In this document: piece by piece, positions 28,075-37,500 of the stretch
How positions within the stretch are numbered: position 1 is the stretch's first letter
Layout of the letters: each line of letters begins with the position of its first letter
Position numbers and translations under genes: made by a program
The notes under the pieces: generated by a model
What the model was told of the DNA's origin: nothing
The model's input: only the letters and a program-made list of their open reading frames with translations
Database searches by the model: none
DNA from: Jatrophihabitantaceae bacterium
GTDB lineage: Bacteria > Actinomycetota > Actinomycetes > Mycobacteriales > Jatrophihabitantaceae
DNA length: 64,000 nucleotides
Direction of reading: 5' to 3'
Assembly: GCA_050742975.1 (NCBI GenBank)
Contig: JBOGDQ010000070.1
Location: forward strand, 19,889-83,888

Positions 28075-29019
28075 ATGCTGCGTTCGGCGATCCTGGCTGC
28101 CTCCCGAAGCCCCCGCGTGGAGGGCCTGATCACCCATGCCCCGCTGTCCCGGGGCGTGGTCCACCGCTTCGTCGGCGGCCCCGACACCGCGTCGGCGGTG
28201 GCCACCTCCAGGGCCTTGGTCGATGCCGGGCTGACACTCACGCTGGACCATCTAGGCGAGGACACCACCGACCGCGAGCAGGCGGCCGCCGTGGTCACGG
28301 CCTACACCGACCTGCTGAGCGAGCTGGCCGCGGCCGGGCTGGCCGAGCGGCTCGGCCCGCTGACCTGCCGGGCCGACGTCAGCGTCAAGCTCAGCGCGAT
28401 CGGCCAGGCCCTGCCCGGCGACGGCGAGAAGCTCGCGCTCGAGCATGCCCGGACGATCTGCCTGGCCGCCAGGAGCGTCGGCGCCAGCGTCACGCTCGAC
28501 ATGGAGGACCACACCACCACCGACTCGACGCTCGGCATCCTGCAAGAGCTGCGCGCGGACTTCCCCGACACGGCCGCGGTGCTGCAGGCGTACCTGCACC
28601 GCACCGAGGGCGACTGCCGCGACCTCGCGACTGCCGGCAGCCGGGTCCGGCTGTGCAAGGGCGCGTACAAGCAGCCGGCGTCGGTGGCCTACCAGAAGCG
28701 CCTGGACGTCGACCTGTCCTACGTCCGCTGCCTGAACGCCTTGATGGCCGGTGACGGCTACCCGATGCTCGCCACCCACGACCCGCGACTGATCGAGATC
28801 GGCGCGGAGCGGGCCAAGTTTCACGGGAAGGTCGACTTCGAGTTCCAGCTGCTATACGGCATCCGGCCCGAGGAACAGCACCGGCTCGCGGAAGCGGGCC
28901 ACACGGTCCGCGTCTACATCCCCTACGGTGCGCAGTGGTACGGCTACCTGATGCGCCGCCTGGCGGAACGACCGGCCAACCTGGCGTTCTTCGGCCGCGC
29001 ACTCGTCACGAAGGGTTGA
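28075..29019 (+). CDS. proline dehydrogenase
   Basis: 314 aa with ...LTLDHLGED...DMEDH...CKGAYK...HDP...LYGIR..., the monofunctional PRODH pattern. It is followed by proC. Confidence 0.85.
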   Translation: MLRSAILAASRSPRVEGLITHAPLSRGVVHRFVGGPDTASAVATSRALVDAGLTLTLDHLGEDTTDREQAAAVVTAYTDLLSELAAAGLAERLGPLTCRADVSVKLSAIGQALPGDGEKLALEHARTICLAARSVGASVTLDMEDHTTTDSTLGILQELRADFPDTAAVLQAYLHRTEGDCRDLATAGSRVRLCKGAYKQPASVAYQKRLDVDLSYVRCLNALMAGDGYPMLATHDPRLIEIGAERAKFHGKVDFEFQLLYGIRPEEQHRLAEAGHTVRVYIPYGAQWYGYLMRRLAERPANLAFFGRALVTKG

Positions 29020-29021
29020 GC

Positions 29022-29831
29022 ATGGACGGACTCGCGATCCTCGGCGGCGGCAAGATCGGCGAGGCGCTGCTCTCCGGCCTGCTGCGCGGGGAGCGGACTG
29101 CGGCCGACATCGTGGTGTCGGAGAAGCACGCCGCGCGCGCCGACTACCTGGCCCGGACGCACGGCGTGAAGACGCTGGACGTCGCGGCCTCGGCAGCCGT
29201 GGCCAGCACGATCGTGCTGGCCGTCAAGCCCCAGGACATCGACGCGCTGCTCGCCGAGCTGCACGACGTGGTAGGCCCGCAGCACCTGGTCGTGTCGGTC
29301 GCGGCCGGCGTGACCACGGCGCACATCGAGGCCGCGCTCCCCGACGGCGTCCCGGTCGTGCGCTGCATGCCGAACACGCCGGCGCTGGTCGATCAGGCGA
29401 TGACCGCGGTCTCGGCCGGGGCGCATGCGGACGAGCGGCACCTGACCGTCGCCGAGTCGTTGCTGCGAGCCGTCGGCAAGGTCGTCCGGGTGCCCGAGTC
29501 CCAGCTCGACGCGGTCACCGCGCTGTCGGGCTCGGGTCCGGCGTACTTCTTCTTCCTGGTCGAGGCGATGATCGACGCCGGGATCCTGCTCGGCCTGCCC
29601 CGGGCCCTGGCCGCAGACCTGATCGTGCAGACGGCGATCGGGTCGGCAGTGATGCTGCGCGACTCGGGCGAGCACCCGGTGCAGCTGCGCGAGGCGGTCA
29701 CCAGCCCCGGTGGCACCACCATCGCGGCCATCCGCGAACTCGAGGTGCACGGCGTGCGCGCCGCACTGCTCGCGGCCATCGAGGCGGCCTGCCTGCGCAG
29801 CCGGGAGCTGGGTGCGGGCCCCCAAGCATGA
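29022..29831 (+). CDS. proC: pyrroline-5-carboxylate reductase
   Basis: ILGGGKIGEALLSGL...RCMPNTPALV...VTSPGGTTIAAI motifs. Start at ATG 29022. Confidence 0.92.
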   Translation: MDGLAILGGGKIGEALLSGLLRGERTAADIVVSEKHAARADYLARTHGVKTLDVAASAAVASTIVLAVKPQDIDALLAELHDVVGPQHLVVSVAAGVTTAHIEAALPDGVPVVRCMPNTPALVDQAMTAVSAGAHADERHLTVAESLLRAVGKVVRVPESQLDAVTALSGSGPAYFFFLVEAMIDAGILLGLPRALAADLIVQTAIGSAVMLRDSGEHPVQLREAVTSPGGTTIAAIRELEVHGVRAALLAAIEAACLRSRELGAGPQA

Positions 29832-29954
29832 TCAGTGGGGAACAGCTATCGCTTCTGCACCACCTGTACCGCTAGTCTCATCCCAGCACGTGCGTGTCCC
29901 GTTCGCCGGTGGGGAAGCCGACGCACTGACACGTGCCGAAAGAACCGGTGAAAC

Positions 29955-30227
29955 ATGAGCACGTCAGACAAGCGTGGTTCGGACGAGCCCGCAGAGCCTG
30001 CGAAGGCGCAGGGGTCGTCCGAGGTACATCCGATCGACCCCGCGCTCGCCGACGTCAAGTTCTTGACGGTGGCCGAGGTCGCTGCCGTCATGCGGGTATC
30101 GAAGATGACGGTGTACCGCATGGTGCACAGCGGCGACCTGCCCGCAGTCCGGGTGGGCCGCTCCTTCCGGGTCCCCGAGCAGGCGGTGCACGAGTACCTG
30201 CGCGCGGCGTTCATCGAGGCCGGTTGA
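29955..30227 (+). CDS. excisionase-family (MerR-like) HTH DNA-binding protein
   Basis: FLTVAEVAAVMRVSKMTVYRMVHSGDLPAVRVGRSFRVPE, as in Rv0500A/SCO3328-type proteins. Confidence 0.85.
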   Translation: MSTSDKRGSDEPAEPAKAQGSSEVHPIDPALADVKFLTVAEVAAVMRVSKMTVYRMVHSGDLPAVRVGRSFRVPEQAVHEYLRAAFIEAG

Positions 30228-30353
30228 GCCCCGGACGAGGCATGCGGTACCGGCAGGTAGGCTGAGCCCCTGATACGTACGCCCGGCGGGCTCGCCCCGG
30301 GCGGATCACCAACTGCGTCCGGCAGCGTGCCGGGCATTCGATGAGGTTTACGC

Positions 30354-30452
30354 ATGGGTTCAGTCATCAAGAAGCGGCGCAAGCGGATGGCCAAGAAGAA
30401 GCACCGCAAGCTGCTGAAGAAGACGCGCGTTCAGCGCCGCAACAAGAAGTAG
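30354..30452 (+). CDS. small ribosomal protein bS22 (32 aa)
   Basis: [32 protein letters not shown], near-identical in pattern to mycobacterial bS22 (Rv0500B-type). Too short for the supplied ORF track. Confidence 0.85.
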   Translation: MGSVIKKRRKRMAKKKHRKLLKKTRVQRRNKK

Positions 30453-31288
30453 CCGCGCGCGACCGGGCGGCGCCTGCCCCGCAGCGACCCCTGCCTGAGC
30501 GCGACGGCGGCCGCAACACCACCGCCGATCGCGCCGACACCGAGCGCCACCGGAACGCCCACCCTGACCACTTTGCGGCCGGTCCGGAAGTCACGGATCT
30601 CCCACCCGCGCGTCCTGGCCTCGGCGCGTAGCGCGGAGTCGGGGTTCACCGCGACGGCGTGGCCGACCAGCGACAGCATCGGGATGTCGTTGATCGAATC
30701 GGAGTACGCCGAGCACCGGGACAGGTCTAGGTACTCGCGCTCGGCCAGCCGCCGCACCGCGCGTGCCTTCGCCTCGCCGTGCAGCACGTCGCCGACGAGC
30801 GCGCCGGTGTACACGCCCTCGACGGTCTCGGACACGGTGCCGAGCGCGCCGGTCAGTTCGAGCCGCGTTGCGATGATCGTCGCCAGCTCGACCGGGGTCG
30901 CCGTGACCAGCCAGACCTGTTCGCCGGAGTCCAGGTGCCGCCGGGCCAGCGCGTGCGTGCCCGACCAGATCCGGCCGGCCAGCTCCTCGTCGTAGATCTG
31001 TTCGCCGAGCGCGACGATCTCGCTGACCTTTTTGCCGGCGACGAAGGCCAGCGCCGAGTCCCGCGTGGTGTGCATGTCGCCGACGGTCTCGCCCTTGAGC
31101 CGCAGCCGCACCTGGCGCAGCGCGAAGGTGACCAGATCGCGCGAGCTGATGAACCTCCGGCTCGCCATCCCCTTGGCGAAGTGGAAGATCGACGCGCCGA
31201 CCATCATCGTGTTGTCCACGTCGAAGAACGCCGCCGCGCCCGGCCCGCCGTCCTTCCAGGCGGGACCCGGGGGGCCGGTCGACGTCAT
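30431..31288 (-). CDS. HAD-IB family hydrolase (SerB-like) with C-terminal membrane segment
   Basis: FFDVDNTMM (DxDxT motif), ...TATP..., [10 protein letters not shown]. Hydrophobic C-terminus. Confidence 0.82.
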   Translation of the reverse strand: MTSTGPPGPAWKDGGPGAAAFFDVDNTMMVGASIFHFAKGMASRRFISSRDLVTFALRQVRLRLKGETVGDMHTTRDSALAFVAGKKVSEIVALGEQIYDEELAGRIWSGTHALARRHLDSGEQVWLVTATPVELATIIATRLELTGALGTVSETVEGVYTGALVGDVLHGEAKARAVRRLAEREYLDLSRCSAYSDSINDIPMLSLVGHAVAVNPDSALRAEARTRGWEIRDFRTGRKVVRVGVPVALGVGAIGGGVAAAVALRQGSLRGRRRPVARGYFLLRR

Positions 31289-31330
31289 CCGCCCAGCGTA
31301 TCGGCGCAGGTAACGGCAGGGTCTCGCGCG

Positions 31331-32584
31331 TCAGATGTGCAGGTGAATGCCGCACGTGCCGATGCCGATCGGCCCGAGTGTCAGTCCGTCGCAGCTGCCT
31401 GCGCTGCCGGGCGGCGTGCTCGGCAGCGGCAGGGACGGCAGCGGCAGCAGCGTCGACGGGAGCGGCAGCGTGGGCAGGACCGCCGTCGGAAGCGGGCCGC
31501 CCGGCGTCGGTGAGGCGGTCGGTGCGGGCGTCGGCGCGCCGGTCGGCCCCCGCGGGTTCGACGCACCGGTCGAGGTCCGATTGCGCGCGCTGCCCGAGGG
31601 GTTCGGGCCGCTGCCCGGCCGGTTCGGGTTGTTCGCCGAGCCGGGGTTGCCGGGCTGGTTCGGGTGCTGCCGCGCCGTCGACGTCGAGCACACCCGGCAC
31701 GGGACCGGGCCGAGCGAGTCGGTGGGCGCGTCGCCCAGGCAGCTGCACCCCAGCACCGACTTGAGCGCCTGCGCCCGGGTGTACGCCGCGCTGAGCAGCT
31801 TCGCCGAGGACATGACCCGGTCGCGGATCGAGCCGGTCGGGGTGCGGGAGACCACGGTGCCCAGCCGCGACATCTGCGCCGGTGCCCAGTTGATCATCAC
31901 GGTCAGCGGCGACGCGGACCGGTCGTGGACGGCCTGCGACCCGAACAGCTGCGAGGCCTGCCGGACGTCGCCGTCAGCAGAGTTGAGCGTGCTCGTGACC
32001 AGTGCGGCGGTGTGGCTGTCGATGGCTCCGCCGGCCTGGATGCCCACGCCCGAGGCCGTCGTCTTCGACAGCAGATCGGTGACCTCGTCCACGCGTGTCT
32101 TGGCGAAGGACAGCAGTTCCTTGCCGCGGGGCACGTTGCCCGAGGTCAGCGAGAACTGCGCGTTCTCGCTGGCCCGCTTGAGGCCGTAGAGCGTCTCGCC
32201 CGGCAGCGCACTGCGGCTGAGCCAGACGGCGCCGCTGAGAGCCAGTGCGAGCACGGTGAGCGCGGCGACGACGAAGCGGACCGGACGGCCGATTCGCAGG
32301 CGCGGGAGGCGGGAGGCGACCGTGCGCGCGCGCGACGGCTGGGCCGCGTCGACCGTCTCGGGCGCATGCCGGACCAGCTCGGCCGGTCCTTCGGACACCA
32401 GCCGCGGGGCGACGGCGACCAGCTGCGACCGGAGCTCGGCGCGGAAGTGCGCGCGCGGCGGCGGCGCCACCTCGAGGGTGGCCAGCGCGGTGACGAGCTC
32501 ACGGATGCGCGGATCGCTCGAGCGCGACGGGTCCGTGCGTCGGTGCAACGCGGCCCCCAGCACCGGTACCCGATGCTCAGCCAT
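31331..32584 (-). CDS. anti-sigma factor (RsbN-like), single-pass membrane protein with Pro/Gly-rich C-terminus
   Basis: Directly downstream of the ECF sigma gene. It has a central TM (VVAALTVLALALSGAVWL) and a low-complexity tail. Confidence 0.65.
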   Translation of the reverse strand: MAEHRVPVLGAALHRRTDPSRSSDPRIRELVTALATLEVAPPPRAHFRAELRSQLVAVAPRLVSEGPAELVRHAPETVDAAQPSRARTVASRLPRLRIGRPVRFVVAALTVLALALSGAVWLSRSALPGETLYGLKRASENAQFSLTSGNVPRGKELLSFAKTRVDEVTDLLSKTTASGVGIQAGGAIDSHTAALVTSTLNSADGDVRQASQLFGSQAVHDRSASPLTVMINWAPAQMSRLGTVVSRTPTGSIRDRVMSSAKLLSAAYTRAQALKSVLGCSCLGDAPTDSLGPVPCRVCSTSTARQHPNQPGNPGSANNPNRPGSGPNPSGSARNRTSTGASNPRGPTGAPTPAPTASPTPGGPLPTAVLPTLPLPSTLLPLPSLPLPSTPPGSAGSCDGLTLGPIGIGTCGIHLHI

Positions 32585-32686
32585 ATCCGTAGTCCCCCCA
32601 GGTCACAAGATCGTTCACCGAGAGCAACGAGCGGGCAGGCAGTGCGTTACTGGCCCGAAATGGCTGCCTCACATACTCGCGAGTAG

Positions 32687-33550
32687 TCATCGGAGATCGG
32701 TTCCGACGAGCTCGGCCAGCTTGCGCACGGCCCGGTGCTGCAGTGCCTTGATGGCGCCGTCGTTCTTGCCCATGACGCTCGCGGTCTCGCTGACCGAGAA
32801 GCCCTGGATGAACCGCAGCATCACGCACTCGCGCTGCTCGTCGCCGAGCTGGTTCACCGCTGCCATCAGCCGCTCGTTGGTCAGCGATTCGATCACCGCC
32901 GCCTCCGGCCCCGCGGCTCGGTCGTGGCCCTCCGGAGTGTCGGCGGTCGTGACCTCCAGTCGGTGCCGTGCCGACTTCACGTGATCGAGCACGATGTTGC
33001 GGGCGATCGTGACGAACCACGCGCCGATGTCGCGGCCCTGGTAGCTGATGCTGCCGATGCGGCGCAGCGCGCGCAGGAACGTCTCGCTGGTGAAGTCCTC
33101 GGCCAGTGCCCGGTCGTTCACGCGGTAGTAGATGTAGCGGTACACCGAGTCGACGTACCGGTCGTAGAGCCGGCCGAACGCCTCCCCGTCGCCGGACTGC
33201 GCCAGGGTGACCTGCTGCCAGACCTCGGCGTGCTCTTCGTCCACGCCGTCGGCATCGGACCGCGAGCCCGAGCCTGTGCCCGAATCCGTGCCGGCGCGAC
33301 CGGGGGCACCGCTCGCGCCGCGACGGCCGGCCCGCTGCAGGGCCGAGGAGACGTCGACGGCCATCTGTGCCGCGAGCGGCCCGGCCGGTTCGGGTAGTCC
33401 CGCCGATCCGGAAGTTCCGGCCGGCCCGGCGACCGCCAGCGCGGGCTGCGCACCGATCGCCAGCAGTGCCTCGTTGACCAGTCGGGCCAGTACGCGCAGG
33501 CCGTGCTCGGGGTCTTCTGAACCTCGGTACGGGCTTGCAGCGCGCGGCAT
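32687..33550 (-). CDS. bldN: ECF sigma factor, BldN family (with N-terminal extension)
   Basis: Sigma-70 regions 2 and 4 (FGRLYDRYVDSVYRYIYYRV...; ECVMLRFIQGFSVSETASVMGKNDGAIKALQHRAVRKLA). The context with anti-sigma, HAD, acyl-CoA ligase and rex-hem genes is as in Streptomyces bldN. Start uncertain (ATG 33550 chosen). Confidence 0.75.
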   Translation of the reverse strand: MPRAASPYRGSEDPEHGLRVLARLVNEALLAIGAQPALAVAGPAGTSGSAGLPEPAGPLAAQMAVDVSSALQRAGRRGASGAPGRAGTDSGTGSGSRSDADGVDEEHAEVWQQVTLAQSGDGEAFGRLYDRYVDSVYRYIYYRVNDRALAEDFTSETFLRALRRIGSISYQGRDIGAWFVTIARNIVLDHVKSARHRLEVTTADTPEGHDRAAGPEAAVIESLTNERLMAAVNQLGDEQRECVMLRFIQGFSVSETASVMGKNDGAIKALQHRAVRKLAELVGTDLR

Positions 33551-33698
33551 GCGTGCACCTCTCCACGGCGGCGAAAGGTGGGGGATCCGTCGGGTACGTG
33601 AAACTCGCACTAACGGTACCTTTGATCCGCACTCCTGAACACCGGCCTGACTAAAGGCCGCCGGGGAGGTCCCCCGTCCCGCGCTGCGAGAGGACCAG

Positions 33699-35150
33699 AT
33701 GAACACACCAGTCGGACCGTCCGATCTGGTCCGGCAGCATGCGGGGAGCAGGCCGGACGCGCTCGCCCTGGTGGACACCGGCGTGCGGCTGACCTGGGCC
33801 GAACTCGACAGCCAGAGCACCCGAGCCGCGCTGGCCCTGCTGGCCGCCGGGGCGCAGCCGGGCGACCGGGTCGCGCTGAGCCTGCGCACCGGTGCGCAGT
33901 TCGCTATCGCCTACCTGGGCGCGCTGCGGGCCGGCCTGATCGCGGTTCCGATCAACCCGTCCAGCACCGAGCGCGAGGTCGAACACATCGTCGGCGACAG
34001 CGGGGCTCGACTGCACCTCACCGCAGACGCCGTGGCGCAGCTTGCGGCGAGCGCTCCGGCGGGCGAGGACCCGCACGCCGACCGCACGGGCGAGGCGACG
34101 GCGGTGCTCCTGTACACCGGCGGCACCGGCGGGCAGGCGCGCGGGGCGATGCTCTCGGCACGGGCGCTGATGGCGAACCTCGACCAGCTGGCCGCGATCG
34201 AGCCGCCCCTGCTCGTGGCCGGCGACGTGCTGTTCGTGCCGCTCCCGCTCTCGCACGTCTTCGGGCTCAACGCAGGGCTGGGCATGGCCCTGCGGGTCGG
34301 CGCCACTGCCGTCCTCGCCGACCGGTTCGACCCCGCGGCCACGCTCGCCACGATGGCGGCCGAGCACGTCACCGCCGTCGTCGGCGTCCCGGGCCAGTAC
34401 GCGGCCTGGCTGAGCCGGCCTGACGTCGCGGAATCGTTCGCGTCGGTCCGCTTCGCGATGTCCGGGTCGGCGACGTTGACCCGGGCGACGGTCGACGGAT
34501 TCCGCGCCCTGGGCGTGGTCCTGCACGACGGCTACGGGCTGACCGAGGCGGCGCCGGTGGTCGCGGTGAACGCGATCGGCGCGGCCCGGGAGCGTCCGAG
34601 GCCCGGCTCGGTCGGCTGCCCGATCCCCGGCGTCGAGGTGCAGTTGCGCGACGGCGACGGTGCGGTGGACGAGGCCGGCGACCCGGGGCGGGTGTTCGTC
34701 CGCGGCGCCAACCTGTTCTCCGGGTACTGGCCGCTGGGCGACGACGGGCCGGTCGCCGACGGCTGGTTCGGCACCGGGGACCTCGCCGTGCAGGACGCCG
34801 ACGGGGCCCTGCACCTGGTCGGCCGCAGCGCCGAGCTCGTCGTCGTGAACGGGTTCAACGTCTACCCGGCCGAGGTCGAGGCGGTGCTCGCCGCCGAACC
34901 CGGCGTCGCCGAGGTCGCCGTCGTCGGCGTGCCGGACGAGCGGGCGGGCGAGGCGGTGCGCGCCTACGTCGTCCCGACCGCGGGAACCGTGCTCGATCCG
35001 GACGAGCTGCTCGCTGCGGCGACGCGCTCGCTGGCCCGGTTCAAGTTGCCGGGCACGATCGAGCTGGTCAGCTCGCTGCCGCACACCGTGACCGGCAGGG
35101 TGATGAAGTGGGCGCTCGGGTCCGAGGAGGGTGAGCGTGGCCGCGACTGA
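33699..35150 (+). CDS. AMP-dependent synthetase/ligase (acyl-CoA synthetase family)
   Basis: Adenylate-forming motifs LLYTGGTGGQARG, DGYGLTE, GTGDLAV. Confidence 0.88.
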   Translation: MNTPVGPSDLVRQHAGSRPDALALVDTGVRLTWAELDSQSTRAALALLAAGAQPGDRVALSLRTGAQFAIAYLGALRAGLIAVPINPSSTEREVEHIVGDSGARLHLTADAVAQLAASAPAGEDPHADRTGEATAVLLYTGGTGGQARGAMLSARALMANLDQLAAIEPPLLVAGDVLFVPLPLSHVFGLNAGLGMALRVGATAVLADRFDPAATLATMAAEHVTAVVGVPGQYAAWLSRPDVAESFASVRFAMSGSATLTRATVDGFRALGVVLHDGYGLTEAAPVVAVNAIGAARERPRPGSVGCPIPGVEVQLRDGDGAVDEAGDPGRVFVRGANLFSGYWPLGDDGPVADGWFGTGDLAVQDADGALHLVGRSAELVVVNGFNVYPAEVEAVLAAEPGVAEVAVVGVPDERAGEAVRAYVVPTAGTVLDPDELLAAATRSLARFKLPGTIELVSSLPHTVTGRVMKWALGSEEGERGRD

Positions 35151-35385
35151 CCACCGCGTCACGCTGATCACCCGGGTCGGCTGCCACCTGTGCCAGGACG
35201 CCGAGACGGTGCTGCGGCGGCTCAGCGGTGAGCTCGGGTTCGGCTACGCGGAGCTGGACGTCGACGCCGAGCCGGCCCGTCGGGCGGAGTACTCCGACCG
35301 GGTCCCGGTGATCCTTATCGACGGCCGGGAGCACGGCTACTGGCGGGTCGAGGAGGCCCGGTTCCGCAAGGCGATAGCTCGCTGA
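35131..35385 (+). CDS. glutaredoxin-like protein (CxxC)
   Basis: VTLITRVGCHLCQDAE...VPVILIDGRE thioredoxin-fold pattern. Confidence 0.8.
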   Translation: MSVAATDHRVTLITRVGCHLCQDAETVLRRLSGELGFGYAELDVDAEPARRAEYSDRVPVILIDGREHGYWRVEEARFRKAIAR

Positions 35386-35413
35386 GGCGGCCTATAACAC
35401 AGCCCTGCTCGAT

Positions 35414-35431
35414 TTGGGAAAAGATTCACGA
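35414..35431. promoter_or_regulatory. candidate Rex operator TTGGGAA-AAGA-TTCACGA
   Basis: Matches the TTGTGAA-N4-TTCACAA consensus with one mismatch per half-site. It lies about 90 nt upstream of rex. Confidence 0.6.
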
Positions 35432-35518
35432 GCGGCGTAGCTTCGACGGCGTCCCAGCAGTCCCTACCACACCGATCCGGGCCGTAGTTCGGCGCCCGTC
35501 TGGAGCCGGTGTACCGAG

Positions 35519-36208
35519 GTGTCGATGACCATCGAGCGCAGTGTCGGCGCTGATGTGCGCACGGTGCCGGAGGCGACGGTGGCCCGGCTGGCGACCTACC
35601 TGCGCGTGCTCGGGGCGCTCGGCGAACGGGCCATCACAACCGTGTCGTCGGAGGAGCTGGCCGTCGCGGCCGGGGTGAACTCGGCCAAGCTGCGCAAGGA
35701 CCTGTCCCACCTGGGCTCGTACGGGATCCGCGGCGTGGGCTACGACGTCGGCACCCTCACTGACGAGATCGCGCGCACGCTCGGCGTCACCGTGCGCCGC
35801 TCGGTCGCCCTGATCGGCGTCGGCAACCTGGGCCAGGCGCTCGCCGGCTACGACGGGTTCGCCTCGCGCGGGTTCCGGATCGCCGCCCTGCTCGACGCGG
35901 CTCCGGCGCGCATCGGCAGCACGATCCGCGGCCTGGTCGTGCGTGACATCCGCGCGCTCGCCGACATCGTCGCCGAGCAGGAGATCGCGATCGCCGTGCT
36001 GGCCACCCCCGCATCGGTGGCGCAGGACGTATGCGACCAGGTCGTCGCCGCAGGTGTCACCAGCATCCTCAACTTCGCGCCGGTCGTGCTGTCGGTTCCC
36101 GCGCACGTCGACCTGCGCAAGGTCGACCTCGCGGCCGAGCTGCAGATCCTGTCCTTCCACGAGAGCCGCAAGGCTGCGGCCCTGATCGCGGCGGGGGTGC
36201 AGGCATGA
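35519..36208 (+). CDS. rex: redox-sensing transcriptional repressor Rex
   Basis: ATVARLATYLRVL...LRKDLSHLGSYGIRGVGYDV... followed by a Rossmann segment LIGVGNLGQAL. Confidence 0.92.
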   Translation: MSMTIERSVGADVRTVPEATVARLATYLRVLGALGERAITTVSSEELAVAAGVNSAKLRKDLSHLGSYGIRGVGYDVGTLTDEIARTLGVTVRRSVALIGVGNLGQALAGYDGFASRGFRIAALLDAAPARIGSTIRGLVVRDIRALADIVAEQEIAIAVLATPASVAQDVCDQVVAAGVTSILNFAPVVLSVPAHVDLRKVDLAAELQILSFHESRKAAALIAAGVQA

Positions 36209-37500
36209 CGCTGCTCGTTGTCGGCCTGTCGCACCGCACGGCACCGGTGTCCCTGCTGGAGAAGATCGTGGTACCGGTCGACGACCTGCGCAAGACGCTC
36301 GACGAGCTGTACCGCACCGAGACGATCAGCGAGGTGCTGCTGCTGTCGACGTGCAACCGCGTCGAGGTCTACGCCGACGTAGCACGGTTCCACCCGGCCG
36401 TCGCCGAGGTGAGCACCGTGCTGTCGCGGCACTCGGGTGTCCAGGGCGGCGACCTGTCCGAGCACCTGTACGTGCACTTCGCCGAGGCCGCGGTCGAGCA
36501 CCTGTTCTCCGTCGCGTCCGGCCTGGACTCGATGGTCGTCGGCGAGTCGCAGATCCTCGGCCAGCTGAGGTCGGCGTACGCGCTGGGCGGCGAGGTCGGC
36601 TCGATCGGCAGCGTCCTGCACGACCTGGCGCAGACCGCGCTGCGCGTCGGTAAGCGGGTGCACTCGGAGACCGGCATCGACCAGGCCGGTGCCTCGGTGG
36701 TCTCGGTCGCGCTCGACCGGGCGGTGGACGTCCTCGGCGATCTAGCCGGACGCCGCGCGCTGATCGTCGGCGCCGGGTCGATGGGCGCGCTGGCCGGTGC
36801 CTCGCTCCGCCGCCGCGGGGTTACCGACCTCGTCGTGGCGAACCGATCCCTGGCCCGCGCCGAGCGGCTGGCCGACTCGCTCGGCGGCCGGGCCGTCGCA
36901 CTGTCGCAGATCGGCGAGGAGATCATCGGCGCGGACCTGCTCGTCTCGTCCACCGGGGCCACCGGGCTGGTCGTCGACAGCGCCGCGATCGGGCCCCGCG
37001 CCGACCGACCGCTGGTCGTGCTCGACCTCGCCCTGCCGCGTGACGTGTCGCCGCTGGTCGCCGATCAGCCCGGCGTGACGTACGTCGACATCGACTCGCT
37101 GCGCGACAGCGGCGCCATGGTCAGCGACACGGACGTGCGCGAGGCGACCGCGATCGTGACCGACGAGCTGGGGCGCTACCTCGCCGAGCAGCAGAAGCTG
37201 GCCGTCGCGCCGACGGTCACCGCGCTGCGGGCGCGCGCGAACCAGGTCATCGACGGTGAGCTGGCGCGGCTCGACGGCCGGCTGCCGGGCCTTGCCCCGG
37301 ACGTGCGCCGCGAGCTGGGCGACGCGGTCCGCCGCGCGGTGGAGAAGGTGCTGCACGCGCCGACGGTCCGGGTCAAGGAGCTCGCGTCCACGCCGGGCGG
37401 GGACCAGTACGCGAGTGCCCTGCGCGAGCTGTTCGACCTCGATCCGGCCACCGCGGAGTCCGTCGCCGCGGTGAAGAAGGATCCGGGGGTGAGCCGATGA
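36205..37500 (+). CDS. hemA: glutamyl-tRNA reductase
   Basis: MTLLVVGLSHRTAPVSLLEK...LSTCNRVEVY...GESQILGQ. ATGA-coupled to rex. Confidence 0.95.
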   Translation: MTLLVVGLSHRTAPVSLLEKIVVPVDDLRKTLDELYRTETISEVLLLSTCNRVEVYADVARFHPAVAEVSTVLSRHSGVQGGDLSEHLYVHFAEAAVEHLFSVASGLDSMVVGESQILGQLRSAYALGGEVGSIGSVLHDLAQTALRVGKRVHSETGIDQAGASVVSVALDRAVDVLGDLAGRRALIVGAGSMGALAGASLRRRGVTDLVVANRSLARAERLADSLGGRAVALSQIGEEIIGADLLVSSTGATGLVVDSAAIGPRADRPLVVLDLALPRDVSPLVADQPGVTYVDIDSLRDSGAMVSDTDVREATAIVTDELGRYLAEQQKLAVAPTVTALRARANQVIDGELARLDGRLPGLAPDVRRELGDAVRRAVEKVLHAPTVRVKELASTPGGDQYASALRELFDLDPATAESVAAVKKDPGVSR

